DNA of 44,870 nt, taken from contig NW_021835861.1 of the NCBI RefSeq assembly GCF_006345805.1, positions 1 through 44,870 of the forward strand, in the 5' to 3' direction. A program made the position numbers and the translations under genes. The notes below the pieces were generated by a model, which saw only the letters and a program-made list of their open reading frames with translations, made no database searches and had not been told where the DNA came from. Positions within the stretch are counted from its first letter, which is position 1. Every line of letters begins with the position of its first letter. This document shows, piece after piece, positions 1 through 11,560 of the stretch. The stretch is from Octopus sinensis. Taxonomy: Eukaryota.

Positions 1-91
1 AGTCGTCAAGGGACACTGCAGGTTTTACGTGAGAGTGTCCCTTTCCTAGAAGGATGCTTCGAGCCATGACAGCATGGAAAAATCATTACAT

Positions 92-170
92 GTTGGTGAT
101 GGTGATGATGGTGGTGGTGGTGGTGGTGGTGGTGGTGATGATGATGATGATGATGTTGTCGTTGTTGTTG

Positions 171-202
<32 letters not shown>

Positions 203-226
203 AATGTTGGTGAGGTAGATAGATAG

Positions 227-263
<37 letters not shown>

Positions 264-489
264 AACAGACAGAAAGAGACAGACAGACAGACAGACAGAT
301 AGATAGATAGATAGATCGATATAGATAGATGGATGGAGAGAGAGAGAGACAAAGAGAGAGAGAGAGAGAAAAATAGACAGACAGAAAAACAGATAACAGA
401 GTGACAAACAGACAGGCAGATAGACAGACAGACAGACAGACAGACATACATGCAGACAGACAGACAGACAGACAGATAGATAGATAGAC

Positions 490-549
<60 letters not shown>

Positions 550-619
550 TGATAGATAGAGAGATAGATAGACAGACAGACAGATATAGATAGACAGATA
601 GATAGATAGATAGATAGCC

Positions 620-650
<31 letters not shown>

Positions 651-735
651 CAGATAGGTAGGTAGGTAGGTAGGTAGGTAGGTAGATAGGTAGGTAAGTA
701 GGTAGGTAGGTAGGTAGGTAGGTAGGTAGGTAGAC
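92..735. repeat. Compound microsatellite (GAT/GGT/GTT)n-(AG)n-(AGAC/AGAT)n-(AGGT)n
   Basis: Directly visible; explains the SIYL/PTYL/poly-H ORFs on the minus strand. Confidence 0.97.
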
Positions 736-1532
736 AAATATAGTTAAATAGATACCTATATGTACACATATACATAGAGCTGCTTTCAAAATATTTTGGA
801 ATACACTTAAAAACAAGAACTATTTCTGTACACCTCTCATAACAGGAATTTTCCTATGGACGTCAGAAATATCATAAATATTTAAAAATGATTAAATATG
901 GGACAAAATACTCATTTCTATTTACATACCTACATCAACAGATTGTGTGATTTTCTTAAAACATTTGCGTGTCATAATTACAGCTGACTAATTAGGAGGT
1001 GAGTATGTTGTATGATTTTGGAAACAAAACTAGGTTAAATTAAGAGTATTTAAACAACTGCCAGTCAAAGTTTTCACAAATTTGTGCTTACAAAGACAAT
1101 TATTCTGATACTAACGGAATAATAATTATTGTCAGACAATATGGGGTGAATGTGTTTATGTGTGTGGTGTGTGTGTATGTGTATGTTTATATATTGCTGA
1201 TTAAAATTGGGGAAAACATTTATAGTATACTATCAAAGCTCAGCTATAGGTGTTGGCTACCAAATATCAACATAGAGTGAGGATACTCTTGTCACTGGAA
1301 TTCTATAATATTCATAGAGTTTCTCTTCTTAATCATGTTTTTACATATAAAATACACACACATATATAAACATATATGTATGAGGACAGCTGTGTGTAAA
1401 AGTGTCACACCCTAGCAGTTCATAGCGTTTTTCCAATGGCCAGATAACTGAAGAGATGGCGGCGTGAATTTCCACCTCGGAAATTGGCTACCGAATAATT
1501 GTCACATATTACATTTATAGATATATATATAT

Positions 1533-1840
1533 ATCATCATCCTCATCATCATTTAATGTCCGCTTTCCATGCTTGCATGGGTTGGACGGTTTGGCTGGGG
1601 ACTGGTGAGCCAGATGGCCGCACCAGGCTCCAATCTGATCTGGCAGAGTTTCTACAGCTGGATACCCTTCCTAATGCCAACCACTCCGAGAGTGTAGTGG
1701 GTGCTTTTATGTGCCACCGGCATGAGGGCCAGTGAGGCAGTACTGGCAATGGCCATGCTCAAATGGTGTTTGTTTTTTACGTGCCACCTGCACAGGAGCC
1801 AGTCAAGCGGCACTGGCAACGTCCTCACTCAAATTTTCTT
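1533..1840 (-). mobile_element. 3' end of RTE-clade LINE family A (5'-truncated)
   Basis: (CAT)n tail followed by gtccgctttccatgc...gggttggacgg...cagctggatacccttcctaatgccaaccactcc; same sequence follows the RTE ORF end at 10287-10871. Confidence 0.8.
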
Positions 1841-1842
1841 CT

Positions 1843-2104
1843 TCGAACCCGTGATCCCTCGACCGCGAGTCACTGCTCTAACCACTTGGCTATGTGCCTC
1901 CACATATATGTATATCACGTGATCACGTGACCGACCAGGCTATCAGATGATGCTACACATCGCTGATCACAATGCGCTTCGCATTGTTTTAGCCTTCAAA
2001 TGATGCCACCCCACTGGCTAAGTGAGCAGGCCAACAGAAGAAAGAGTGGGAGAAAACTGTGGCGAAAGAGTACAGCAGGGATCGCCATACCCAGGGATCG
2101 CCAT
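1843..2104 (-). mobile_element. Fragments of tRNA-derived SINE family D (head 1843-1903, 3' part 1915-2104)
   Basis: Reverse-complement similarity to the copy at 4079-4371. Confidence 0.75.
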
Positions 2105-2612
2105 CTTGTAATATGAGATGCAGCACAGAATTTTGTCAGTGAGCAGGTTGTGGTCTCAAAGCGACGAAAATATTTTGACAAATTTAATTTAAATGTTGAA
2201 GTGAATGTAATGGTTTTTGTGTGTTTCTTAAATGGCTTATAAACACCTTCCCCGCTGCAATTGTTTTTGTTCTAGCACATGATCTCAGCTCAGGTCACTT
2301 GCTATGCAAGTACATCTCCGTAAATATATGTATATATATATATAGTTAAATAGGTAGATAGGTAGATCGATAGACTGATTGATTGACAGGTAGATAAATA
2401 GACACGCACACACGCACACACATGCACACACACACACTCACACACACACACATGCTCGCAGTTGGTTTGCTCAAAGACTTGCAGCTGGCAACGTGCAACA
2501 GAGTGAAGCAGCAGTCAAGAGGCTCATCTCAATACAGAAACCTTTCCCAACACAATTGCTTTCGTTGGAACTTGAACCATTGAATATCTGGGACACTCAA
2601 CAATCATTAGAA

Positions 2613-2647
<35 letters not shown>

Positions 2648-2960
2648 AGTGGAACAAGATGGAGAGGTGGGTGGAGGGGGTGCAGCTCTCATTTCTTCAT
2701 TTCCTTCTCCTACCACTGTTGTCACTCCACCTCTTCCCACTCCTTTGATATCTTATACAAGGCAGCTGTGTGGTAGTGTAAGGTGTCGAGTGGTAGGAGG
2801 GAGACTGTTTGTGTGTGAAGAGGAGTGGAAGGCAGAGGTGGAGATGTGAGAAGCTTGGTGTGTGTGTGTGTATGTGTGTGTGTGGGGGGGTTTGATTGCA
2901 CTTATGAAATTGGTGTTGGTTACCTTGTATCATATACACACACACACATTCATAGACATA

Positions 2961-3509
2961 TTTACTCTCTTTTATTTGTTTCAGTCATTTGACTGTGGCC
3001 ATGCTGGAGCTCTACCTTTAATTGAGAAAATCAACCCCAGGACTTATTCTTTTGTAAGCCCAGTACTTATTCTATTAGTCTCTTTTGCCGAACCGCTAAG
3101 TTACAGGGATGTAAACACACCAGCATCGGTTGTCAAGCAATGCTAGGGAGACAAACACACACACATAAACATATATATATAAATCCTTAAAAATGTTTTA
3201 GCCCGAAGGCCACAGCCATGCTGGGGCACCAAGGGAGTTCGATGCCGCTGCCCGCATCTGTGTCTCCTGTCATGAGGTAAGTTCATCTGGGACACCCGAC
3301 AAGAAGAGATCCAGTTTAGTTTTAAAGAAACCCACATCCACACCATGACGGGCTTCTTTCAGTTTCCGTCTACCAAATCCACTCACAAGGCTTTGGTCGA
3401 CCCGAGGCTATAGTAGAAGACACTTGCCCAAGGTGCCACGCAGTGGGACTGAACCCGGAACCATGTGGTTCATAAGCAAGCTACTTACCACACAGTCACT
3501 CCTGCGCCT
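2961..3509 (-). mobile_element. tRNA-derived CORE-like SINE family B, with a ~165-bp foreign insert in its internal microsatellite
   Basis: Reverse complement of the family-B consensus (ggcgcaggagtggctgtgtggt...ggttcagtccc...accttgggcaagtgtctt...(TG)n...gactgaaacaagtaaaagag); insert at ~3181-3345. Confidence 0.85.
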
Positions 3510-3543
3510 ATATTTATATGTGTGTTATGTATGTATGTATATA

Positions 3544-3815
3544 TTCTTTTCCTTGCTTCAATCATTTGACTGTGGCCATGATGGAGCACTACCTTAAGGA
3601 ATTTTAGTTGACAAAATTGAACCCAGCACATATTCTTGGCAAGCCTAGCACTTATTCTATTGGTCTCTTTTGCCAAACTGCGAAGTTACGGGGGACATAA
3701 ACACGCCAACATCGGTTGTCAAACGATGGTGTGAGCAGCCAAACACGGATACAAACACAAAAATACACACACATACACACACCCACACACACATACACAC
3801 ACACAACACACACAC

Positions 3816-3851
<36 letters not shown>

Positions 3852-4027
3852 CATACACACAGATATATATGACAAGCTTCTTTCAATCTCCGTCAACCAC
3901 AATCCAATCATAATGGTTTGGCCAGCCTGAGACTATAGTAGAAAACACTTGCCCCAGGTGGCATGCAGTGGGACTGAACTCGGAACCATGTTGTTGGAAA
4001 GTGAGTTCCTTACCACACAGCCATGCT
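3544..4027 (-). mobile_element. SINE family B copy
   Basis: Full head, (CA)n and tail in reverse orientation. Confidence 0.85.
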
Positions 4028-4047
4028 ACATAATTATATATATATAC

Positions 4048-4078
<31 letters not shown>

Positions 4079-4371
4079 GAGGCGCAATGGTTAGGGCAGT
4101 GGACTCGCGGTTGTAGGATCGTGGTTTCGATTCCCAGACCGGGTGTTGTGAGTGTTTATTGAGCGAAAACACCTTAAAGCTTCACGAGGCTCCGGCAGGG
4201 GATGGTGGTGATCCCTGCTGTACTCTTTCACCACTCTTTCTCTCCCTCTTTCTTCTGTTGGCCTGCTCACTTAGCCAGCGGGGTGGCGTCATTCGAAGGC
4301 TAAAACAATGCGAAACGCATTGTGACCAGCGATGTGTAGCAGCATCTGATAGCCTGGTCGGTCACTGTGAT
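4079..4371 (+). mobile_element. tRNA-derived SINE family D
   Basis: A-box-like tggttagggcagtgg and B-box ggtttcgattccc; homologous copies at 1843-2104 and 37510-37688. Confidence 0.75.
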
Positions 4372-4386
4372 AAATATATATATATA

Positions 4387-5674
4387 TGAGGGACGTTCAA
4401 TAAGTAATGCCTCTGACCCACTTCCAGGTGTTTGATCTAGTTGAAATTTTGCATGTGCAATTACTTATATCTCTATAGATTAGGTGGCAAATTACAGCTC
4501 TGAACTAATTATGGTTTCCGATTTACAGGTGTTTGAACTGAGTCAAGTGTGAAATGGAGCCTGTTGAGTGTCGAGCAGTGATCCGGTTTTTGTATTTGAA
4601 AGGACGCACACCAGGGGAGACTTTTGATGAAATGAAAGTAACTTATGGTGATGATGCCCCATCATATGACCTTGTAAAACGCTGGCATCGTGAATTCAAA
4701 CATGGTCGGAACTCTGTGGAAACAGCTCCCAGATCTGGTCGACCCCTTCTGCCATTGATGAGGCATCTGTCCGTCAAGTTGAGGCTGCCATTTTGGAAGA
4801 TCGACGCATAACTATTCGCCAAATAGCCCATGAGGTCAAGATTAGTACCGGGTCAGTGGAAATTATCATTCATGACCATTTGCATATGCAAAAGGTGTCT
4901 ACCAGATGGATTCCCAGGTTGCTCACACCTTTCCAGAAGCAAGAACGCGTCGAGTGCTCGAGGATGAATTTGGAGACGTACCAAGAAGATGAGTCAAACT
5001 TTTTCAAAAGACTGATTACACAGGATGAAACCTGGGTCCATCACTATGATCCAGAGACCAAAGCCCAGTCAATGCAGTGGAAGCACCGTGACTCACCTCC
5101 TCCAAAGAAGGCAAGGGTGCAGCCCTCCGCTGGCAAGGTCATGCTCACAGTCTTCTGGGACCAGGACGGAGTAGTGATGACAGATTTCCTGGCAAAGGGT
5201 ACCACAATTACAGGAGCCTATTATGCTTCACTTTTGAGGAAATTAAGAGAAGCTATCAAAATCAAGAGGCGGGGCAAGATCAGCGAAGGCATCCTCCTCC
5301 TGCAGGACAATGCTCTGGTCCACAACTCACGTGTCGCCAGATCAGAAGCACAGGCATGCGGCTATGAACTCCCCCACCCCCCTATTCTCCTGACCTTGCA
5401 CCCTCTGATTTTCACCTCTTCCCAGCCATGAAGTTGTTTTTGAAAGGAAAGCATTTCCCAGATGATGCAGCCTTGATTTCTGAAGTCACGTCGTGGCTGG
5501 AAGACCAAGCTGGGGTCTTTTACAAAAACGGTCTCCAGAGCTGGATCAAACGATGGGAGAAATGCGTAACTCTGGTTGTTTCCTATGTAGAAAAATACTA
5601 ATAACTGTGCCAAGTTCCGTTGCTCTACTGGTATGGGAAGTGGGTCAGGGGCATTACTTATTGAACGCCCCTCG
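4387..5674 (+). mobile_element. Full-length mariner (Tc1/mariner) DNA transposon, 1288 bp
   Basis: 39-bp TIRs 4387-4425 and 5636-5674 (36/39 identical: YGAGGGRCGTTCAATAAGTAATGCCYCTGACCCACTTCC), flanked by TA; internal transposase. Confidence 0.97.
4554..5601 (+). pseudogene. Mariner DD34D-type transposase with two frameshifts
   Basis: HTH region (RAVIRFL...RSGRP), WIPRLL, ITQDETW (D1), LQDNA (D2) and, after a frameshift near 5380, YSPDLAPSD (D3)...RWEKC...YVEKY-TAA (5599-5601). First frameshift near 4746. Confidence 0.95.
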
Positions 5675-5872
5675 TATATATATATATATATATATATATG
5701 AGTGTGTGTATATATGTATATGTGTATATATATATATAAGTATATATATATATATAATATATATATACTTATATATATATATATACACATATACATATAT
5801 ACACACACTCATACACATAAATTTTATTTATATATACACACTCACATATACACTTACACATATATGTGCATA

Positions 5873-5911
<39 letters not shown>

Positions 5912-5960
5912 ATTTAGGAATGGTCATTTTATATTTGTAGATAAACATGTACAGTTATAA

Positions 5961-5991
<31 letters not shown>

Positions 5992-6025
5992 CATACATAC
6001 ACACACATATATATGTATATATATT
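5675..6025. repeat. (TA)n/(TACA)n microsatellite block
   Basis: Directly visible. Confidence 0.95.
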
Positions 6026-6385
6026 TACAGGGTGTTGTTATAATATTAGGTTGAGGAAAAAGTTTATGCGCTGTGTTAAAATAATGCTTTTTTTTTATAT
6101 ATTTTTGTGGTGTGTTTGTTCATTCAGTTCATTATTTTAACACAGTACACGAAGTTTTCATCAACCTTATACATCCGTATCAAGTAGGCAATAAAGACTG
6201 GTATTTAGACACTGACACACACAAAGGTCTATATATGAAACACTTAAACATATTTTATTGGAGCTGTAGTTATTTAATACAAGTGAATGAGATTGGCAAA
6301 TCTGAATTGCCCATTGACCTCAAGGCTTGGCTATATCTACATGCCAGCCTGCCTCAGAGGGGTGGTGTTGGGGCTATGCGAAACT

Positions 6386-7091
6386 GGCTGTTTCCTGCAC
6401 CAGTTTTGCATAGCAGCCCCAGCCCATCCAAAGTACCTTGGAATGCTGAACGACCTGCTGTGCTTACCTTGGATCGTAGGGTGACCTGCTGTGCTTGAGG
6501 AGACCTATGGAGTCAAGTACATCAACAGCGAAATAAATATCAAATGGAAATTGTATTTGTGATACCTGTGCTGGTGGCTCGTAAAAAGCACCATCTAAAC
6601 GTGGCCGATGTCAGTGCCGCCTTGATTGGCACCTGTGTCGGTGGCATGTAAAAAGCACCAACAGATCTTGGCTACAACCAGCCTACCCTGGCATCTGTGT
6701 CGGTGGCATGTAAAAAGCACTATCCAAATGTGGTCGATGCCAGTGCAGCCTTGACTGGCACCTGTGCTGGTGGCACATAAAAAGCACCATCCGAACGTGG
6801 CCGATGCCAGTGCCGCCTTGACTGGCACCTATGCCGGTGGCACGTAAAAAGCACCATCCGAATGTGGCCGATGCCAGTGTCGCCTTGACTAGCACCTGTG
6901 CCAATGGCACGTAAAAAGCACCTACTACACTCATGGAGTGGCTGGTGTTAGGAAGGGCATCCAGCTGTAAAAACACTGCCAGATAGACTGGAGCCTGGTG
7001 CAGCCTCCTGGCTTCCCCGACCCCGGTCGAACTGTCCAACCTGTGCTAGCACAGAAAATGGACATTAAACGATGATGATGATGATGATGAT
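6386..7091 (+). mobile_element. RTE family A 3' UTR with ~6 internal ~65-bp tandem units and (GAT)n tail
   Basis: Units aaaaagcaccatccgaacgtggccgatgccagtgccgccttgactggcacctgtg at ~6583, 6650, 6713, 6779, 6846, 6913, then ggaagggcatccagctgta...ttaaacgatgatgat. Confidence 0.85.
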
Positions 7092-7421
7092 TAGTGACAG
7101 AGGCAGTGTTAATACAGAGAGTTAATATTTATTCCCACTTAAACATGGGTGTTCTGCTAGAACAAACTATACCGTGGTAGTTACTACAAGAGAAACTCTC
7201 ATATTGGCTTTCTTGTTTATATTGCTAGCAGGGGAGATAAATCCCTGTTACATCCAGCATTGTGATTACCAGATAATATGGTTCTACCTTGTTTGGTCTT
7301 GTCAATGATGGATACCCAACTGCTAGAGGCAGCAGTGATTCATCTTCCCACCTGTAATGTATAGAAGGACAGTACTAAACAGGCACTGACATCACAATTG
7401 GCCAGTGAACCTGTAAAAAAA

Positions 7422-7671
7422 TATTAGGTGTTCCTCGCTGCCACACAAGTAACAACAAGGCCTCCTACCCTCTACCACCACGTAAAGGTTATTGCTGACT
7501 GGCAGCTCAATTTGGTGGGGCATGTTATTGATTTGGTTTTGATCTATTTGCATCAATAACTGAATCATTTTCCCTGACCAATTCTGTTGCTTCAAGGCAG
7601 CAAATTCGAGGATATTTATGTTCTCCTCCATGTTGTAGCAAATGGCTGACAACAGCCATTCTGACTTTACT
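7422..7671 (-). pseudogene. Fragment of a gag-like/ORF1 protein of a non-LTR retroelement (truncated zinc knuckle)
   Basis: ORF 7392-7853 contains LYVVVEGRRPCCYLCGSEEH (CxxC-x4-H, last Cys missing), typical of L1/Tx1-type ORF1; bracketed by ~79-bp direct repeats. Confidence 0.55.
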
Positions 7672-7770
7672 TCTTCCCACCTGTAATGTATAGAAAGGCA
7701 GTACTGAGCAGGCACTGGTATCGTAATTGGCCAGTGAACTTGTAAAAAAAAGTATTTATTAGCTACAGAA

Positions 7771-7929
7771 GAAGTGAGTGGGTGTGTGGTAAGAGGCTTG
7801 CTTTCCAACCACATGGTTCTGGGTTCAATCCCACTGCATGGCACCTGGGGCAAGTATCTTCTACTATAGCCTCAGGCTGACCAAAGCTTTGCGAGTGGAT
7901 TTAGCAGACGGAAACTGAAAGAAGTCCGT

Positions 7930-7964
<35 letters not shown>

Positions 7965-8160
7965 ATCCTCCCCTGCCATCGCTTGACAACCGATGCTGGT
8001 GTGTTTACGTCCCTGTCACTTAGAGGTTCAGCAAAAGAGACCGATAGAATAAGTACTAGGCTTACAAAGAATAAGTCCTTGGGACGATTTGCTCGACTAA
8101 AGGTGGTGCTCCAGCATGGCCACAGTCAAATAACTGAAACAAATAAAAGAACGAAAAAGA
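7771..8160 (+). mobile_element. SINE family B copy
   Basis: Head, CORE-like block, (TG)n and tail. Confidence 0.85.
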
Positions 8161-8332
8161 AAGTGGAATTATATAAAAATAAACCTTATTTTCCATCTTA
8201 CAATTATTTTTGATTCATTTTGAAAAATATAAATTTATGGATTCTTATTGTTTATGCTTTGAATTACATATATATGGGGACACCAAAGTCTTTTAGGTGC
8301 TTAGGGCCTCTCTGAACCTTAAACTGGCCCTG
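8160..8332 (-). mobile_element. hAT-type MITE fragment (CAGGGC terminus)
   Basis: Reverse complement of 39938-40125; ends in ttaaactggccctg. Confidence 0.6.
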
Positions 8333-8344
8333 ACCTTACATAAT

Positions 8345-8860
8345 GTTGGTTGTTGGTATCCTTTCGTCTCAGGTGACAGTGGAGTTGCGCATAAACTAAT
8401 CCAGTCTGGTTTTTACATTTCATGTCCTGATACATTTCCTGCAGTGGCTGTGTAGTCCTATCCTGGACAAATACTCCCTCTGGCAGGTGATGCAGACCTA
8501 GCGAAGACTTTGCCTGGCTGGTTTTACTGAAGTGTCCTCTCCAGTTTCTTCTCCAGTTTTGTACAGGCCTGGGCTAGATGTAAGAAAATCCTGGGTAGGT
8601 CCAATCGTCAGGTTTTCTCTCTCGACCTTGCTAACGTAGTCCAAAGGAGTGCAGAGCATTATGTTTGGTACCAGCTTGGTTGCAGAAGCTGCCGGAAGAG
8701 TGTCGAGTCGAACACTAAACCACCTACGGGGCTCCACTCCGGATTTCTTTGAAGGTTGTCTCCTTTCTGTAACTCTGGATAGGGGCCCATACCGGGTACT
8801 GTCAGCCGGAGCCAGCTGAGCCTGGGACTCGTGTCAGGCAGGGTTGTCACTCCCTGAAGT
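8345..8860 (-). mobile_element. Short non-autonomous RTE-BovB-like element
   Basis: Minus strand 8426-8500 translates to VCITCQREYLSRIGLHSHCRKC, the RIGLxSH C-terminal motif of BovB-type RTEs; 3' end gagacgaaaggataccaacaac; upstream part is non-coding. Confidence 0.65.
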
Positions 8861-8919
8861 AGTGAAGAAAATCGCTTCCCACTACCTAAACATAATGTAC
8901 TCCTAGATACACTATGCCT

Positions 8920-9595
8920 AAATGGCTTACAGCACAGAAGAAATCACTTTAAACTTGCTAAAAATAATATTCTAAGTGGTTTATATGATCAGAAATATAA
9001 TTATGAAGTGTCCATGGTGTCATAGTGAAGATCTGATCAAAGACTTTGCAATTAAAAAAAGTTTTGCTTCATTTTGAAAAATAAAAATTTATTTTATAGT
9101 TTAGGCGCAGGAGTGGCTGTGTGGTAAGTAACTTGCTTACGAACCACATGGTTCTGGGTTCAGTCCCACTATGTGGCACCTTGGGCAAGTGTCTTCTGCT
9201 ATAGCCTAGGGTTGACCAAAGCCTTGTGAGTGGATTTGGTAGATGGAAACTGAATGAAGCCCGTTGTATATATGTATGTGTGTGTGTGTGTTTGTGTTTG
9301 TGTCTGGCTTTGTCCCTGCAACATCACTTGACAACCGATGCTGGTGTGTTTATGTCCCCGTAACTTAGTGGTTTGGCAAAAAGAGACCAATAAAATAAGT
9401 ACTAGGCTTACTAAGAATAAGTCCTGGGTTCGATTTGCTTGACTAAAGGCAGTGCTCCAGCATGGCCACAGTCAAATGACTGAAACAAGTAAAAGAGTAA
9501 AAGAGTATTATTGCTTATACCTTGACCTACATATATATGAGGGCACCAAAATCTTTTAAGTTCTAAGGACCTCTATGGGTCTTAATTTGAGCCTG
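8920..9595 (-). mobile_element. hAT-type MITE copy interrupted by a SINE B
   Basis: 8920-9060 matches the reverse complement of ~40155-40285; 9530-9595 matches the CAGGGC end. Confidence 0.55.
9104..9505 (+). mobile_element. SINE family B, full length
   Basis: ggcgcaggagtggctgtgtggtaag...ggttcagtccc...accttgggcaagtgtctt...(TG)n...gtaaaagagtaaaagag. Confidence 0.9.
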
Positions 9596-9979
9596 AATCT
9601 ACCAATATTTCTTTTCAGTAGCTTCTCAAAGAGAGAAATTGTAAGATTTGTTGGAAGCATTTTCAAGTTATAATTACAGCTATGTACAGTTCATGTAGGA
9701 GGTATGTATGTAGTATGAAATGAAATCAGATTTTGGAAAGAAAAGTAGGTCAAATTCAGAGAATTTAAACAAATGCCAGTCAAAGTTTATGGCAAATTGT
9801 GCTTAGAAAGACAGTTATTTTGATATTAATGGAATAATAAATCATAATAAAACAATGTGTGTGTGTGTAATAAAACAGGATGTTGGAAAACGTTTTGGTA
9901 TTATTTATTCACCATTACACATGTTTCATTAGCTAATAGGAATTACAAAGTTTTACATGTTAGATAGACATGAAGGGAA

Positions 9980-10871
9980 TTAATGTCAGTGTGCATACTC
10001 GACAGTGTATGTGCATTGAGAGAAAAGTTGGACCTAAGAAGCATCAGATGTGGTGTGAGAGACGACTGCACTGGTATGGTCATGTGGCGAGAATGGATGA
10101 GGATAGTTGTGTGAAAAAGTTCCACACTCTAGCAGTTGAGGGAATCTGTGGAAGAGGTAGACCCAGGAAGACCTGGGATGAGGTGGTGAAGCACGATCTT
10201 CGAATATTAGGCCTCACCAAGGCAATGACTAGTGACCGAGACCTTTGGAAATATGCAGTGCTTGAGAAGACCCGGCAAGCCAAGTGAGACCATAACCTCG
10301 TGGCCTAAGCCAGGGGTGTAACCAGCCCACTTAGGCATACCTTTCCTTCAATGGACACTAAACTCTGCTTGCAAAGACCTGTTGAGGAAAGTGAAATCAA
10401 AATTCAATAACTGGCAGCCATGCTAGTGGAGCGCAAAGAGCACCATCTGAGCGTGATCGTTGTCACAGCAGCTGACTGGCTTCTGTGCTGGTGACATATA
10501 AAAAGCACCATTCGAGCATGATCGTTACCAGCATCACCATACTGGCACATGTGCTGGTGGCACAGGAAAAAAAATTTGAGTGAGGTCGTTGCCAGTGCCG
10601 CTGGACTGGATCCTGTACAAGTGGCATGCAAAAAACACCATTTGAGCATGACCGTTGCCAGTACTGCCTGACTGGCCCTTGTGCCAGTAGCATGTAAAAG
10701 CACCCACTACACTCTCGGAGTGGTTGGCATTAGGAAGGGCATCCAGCTGTAGAAACTCTGCCAGATCAAGATTGAAGCCTGGTGCAACCATCTGGTTTGC
10801 CAGACCTCAGTCAAATCTTCCAACCCATGCTAGCATGGAAAGCGGATGTTAAACGATGATGATGATGATGA
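9980..10871 (+). mobile_element. RTE-clade LINE family A, 5'-truncated: ORF C-terminus plus long 3' UTR
   Basis: RRLHWYGHVARM...GRGRPRKTW...DRDLWKYAV (RTE C-terminal motifs), stop at 10285-10287, continuing into the tandem-unit UTR and (GAT)n tail. Confidence 0.9.
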
Positions 10872-10946
10872 ATTTCATTAGACAGAGAAATCAAATAATA
10901 TAAAATTTACATTTTGGTAAAGTGTTTATGAATAGTTTGTAATATA

Positions 10947-10987
<41 letters not shown>

Positions 10988-11008
10988 CTATCTATATATA
11001 TATATATA

Positions 11009-11398
11009 TCTTTATATATAAAGCTGAAGTTGTCTGTGTATGGCAGGGTTGGTAGCCTTCAACTAACATTGTTTCCTCTGAGACCCTGTGGCGCAAATTG
11101 ACCAAAATTGAGAGTATGATAGAAGAAGGGTTGCTCTTCCTTCCATAAAAGAAAAACTTCAAATCGGACCATGTTAACACCAAAAATTATTTACATCAAA
11201 AAGGTGCTTTTTTTCTATGAAAATCCCTATTTTTTACGATTTTTTTACTGCTGTGTCATCATTTTTCGGTGTATTTCAACCAGAAAAATGTTCACTTAAA
11301 GAGAATAACAAGCTACATAATGCAAAATTTTTACTTTTCAAAAAATCCAATTCTAGAGGGTCGAAACAAACCCGAGCAACGCCGGACGATACTGCTAG
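11009..11398 (+). mobile_element. Non-autonomous Helitron-like element
   Basis: 5' A|TCTTTATATATAAAG start; subterminal GC hairpin cccgagcaacgccgg (11371-11385) about 10 nt before terminal CTAG (11395-11398); no TIR or TSD. Confidence 0.75.
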
Positions 11399-11560
11399 AA
11401 TATATATAAACTGAAAAATGGTGTTCTCTAAAATATCTTTTTTAAGCAGTTAATATTTTATGCTGTCATTGGTTATGACTTAATTACTAAGTTACCATTG
11501 GTTTCATATTAATTATTGTTTTTTATCTGTATAGGGGAGTTATCAGACCTGCTGACCAGA

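Noticed and set aside
6-816. Long ORFs of 229-256 aa (also 19337-20315, 29307-33898, 41806-42364)
   Set aside because: Stop-free translations of microsatellites or pyrimidine tracts with no domain content.
2105-2322. Possible Tc1/mariner-type MITE end (gtacatctccgta)
   Set aside because: No matching second TIR or second copy in the window to support it.
6560-6925. CRISPR-like regular repeats (also 23810-24100)
   Set aside because: The apparent spacers are homologous to each other, there are no cas genes and the context is eukaryotic; it is a minisatellite within a LINE 3' UTR.
7672-7751. VHWPITIPVPAQY resembling the Piwi C-terminal WPGTIRVPAPCQY motif
   Set aside because: Weak match, no flanking Piwi residues, and the duplicate copy has a stop in that frame.
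9104-9175. tRNA genes at SINE heads (families B, C, D)
   Set aside because: A/B-box-like motifs are present but there is no full cloverleaf, and each head continues into a repeat body.
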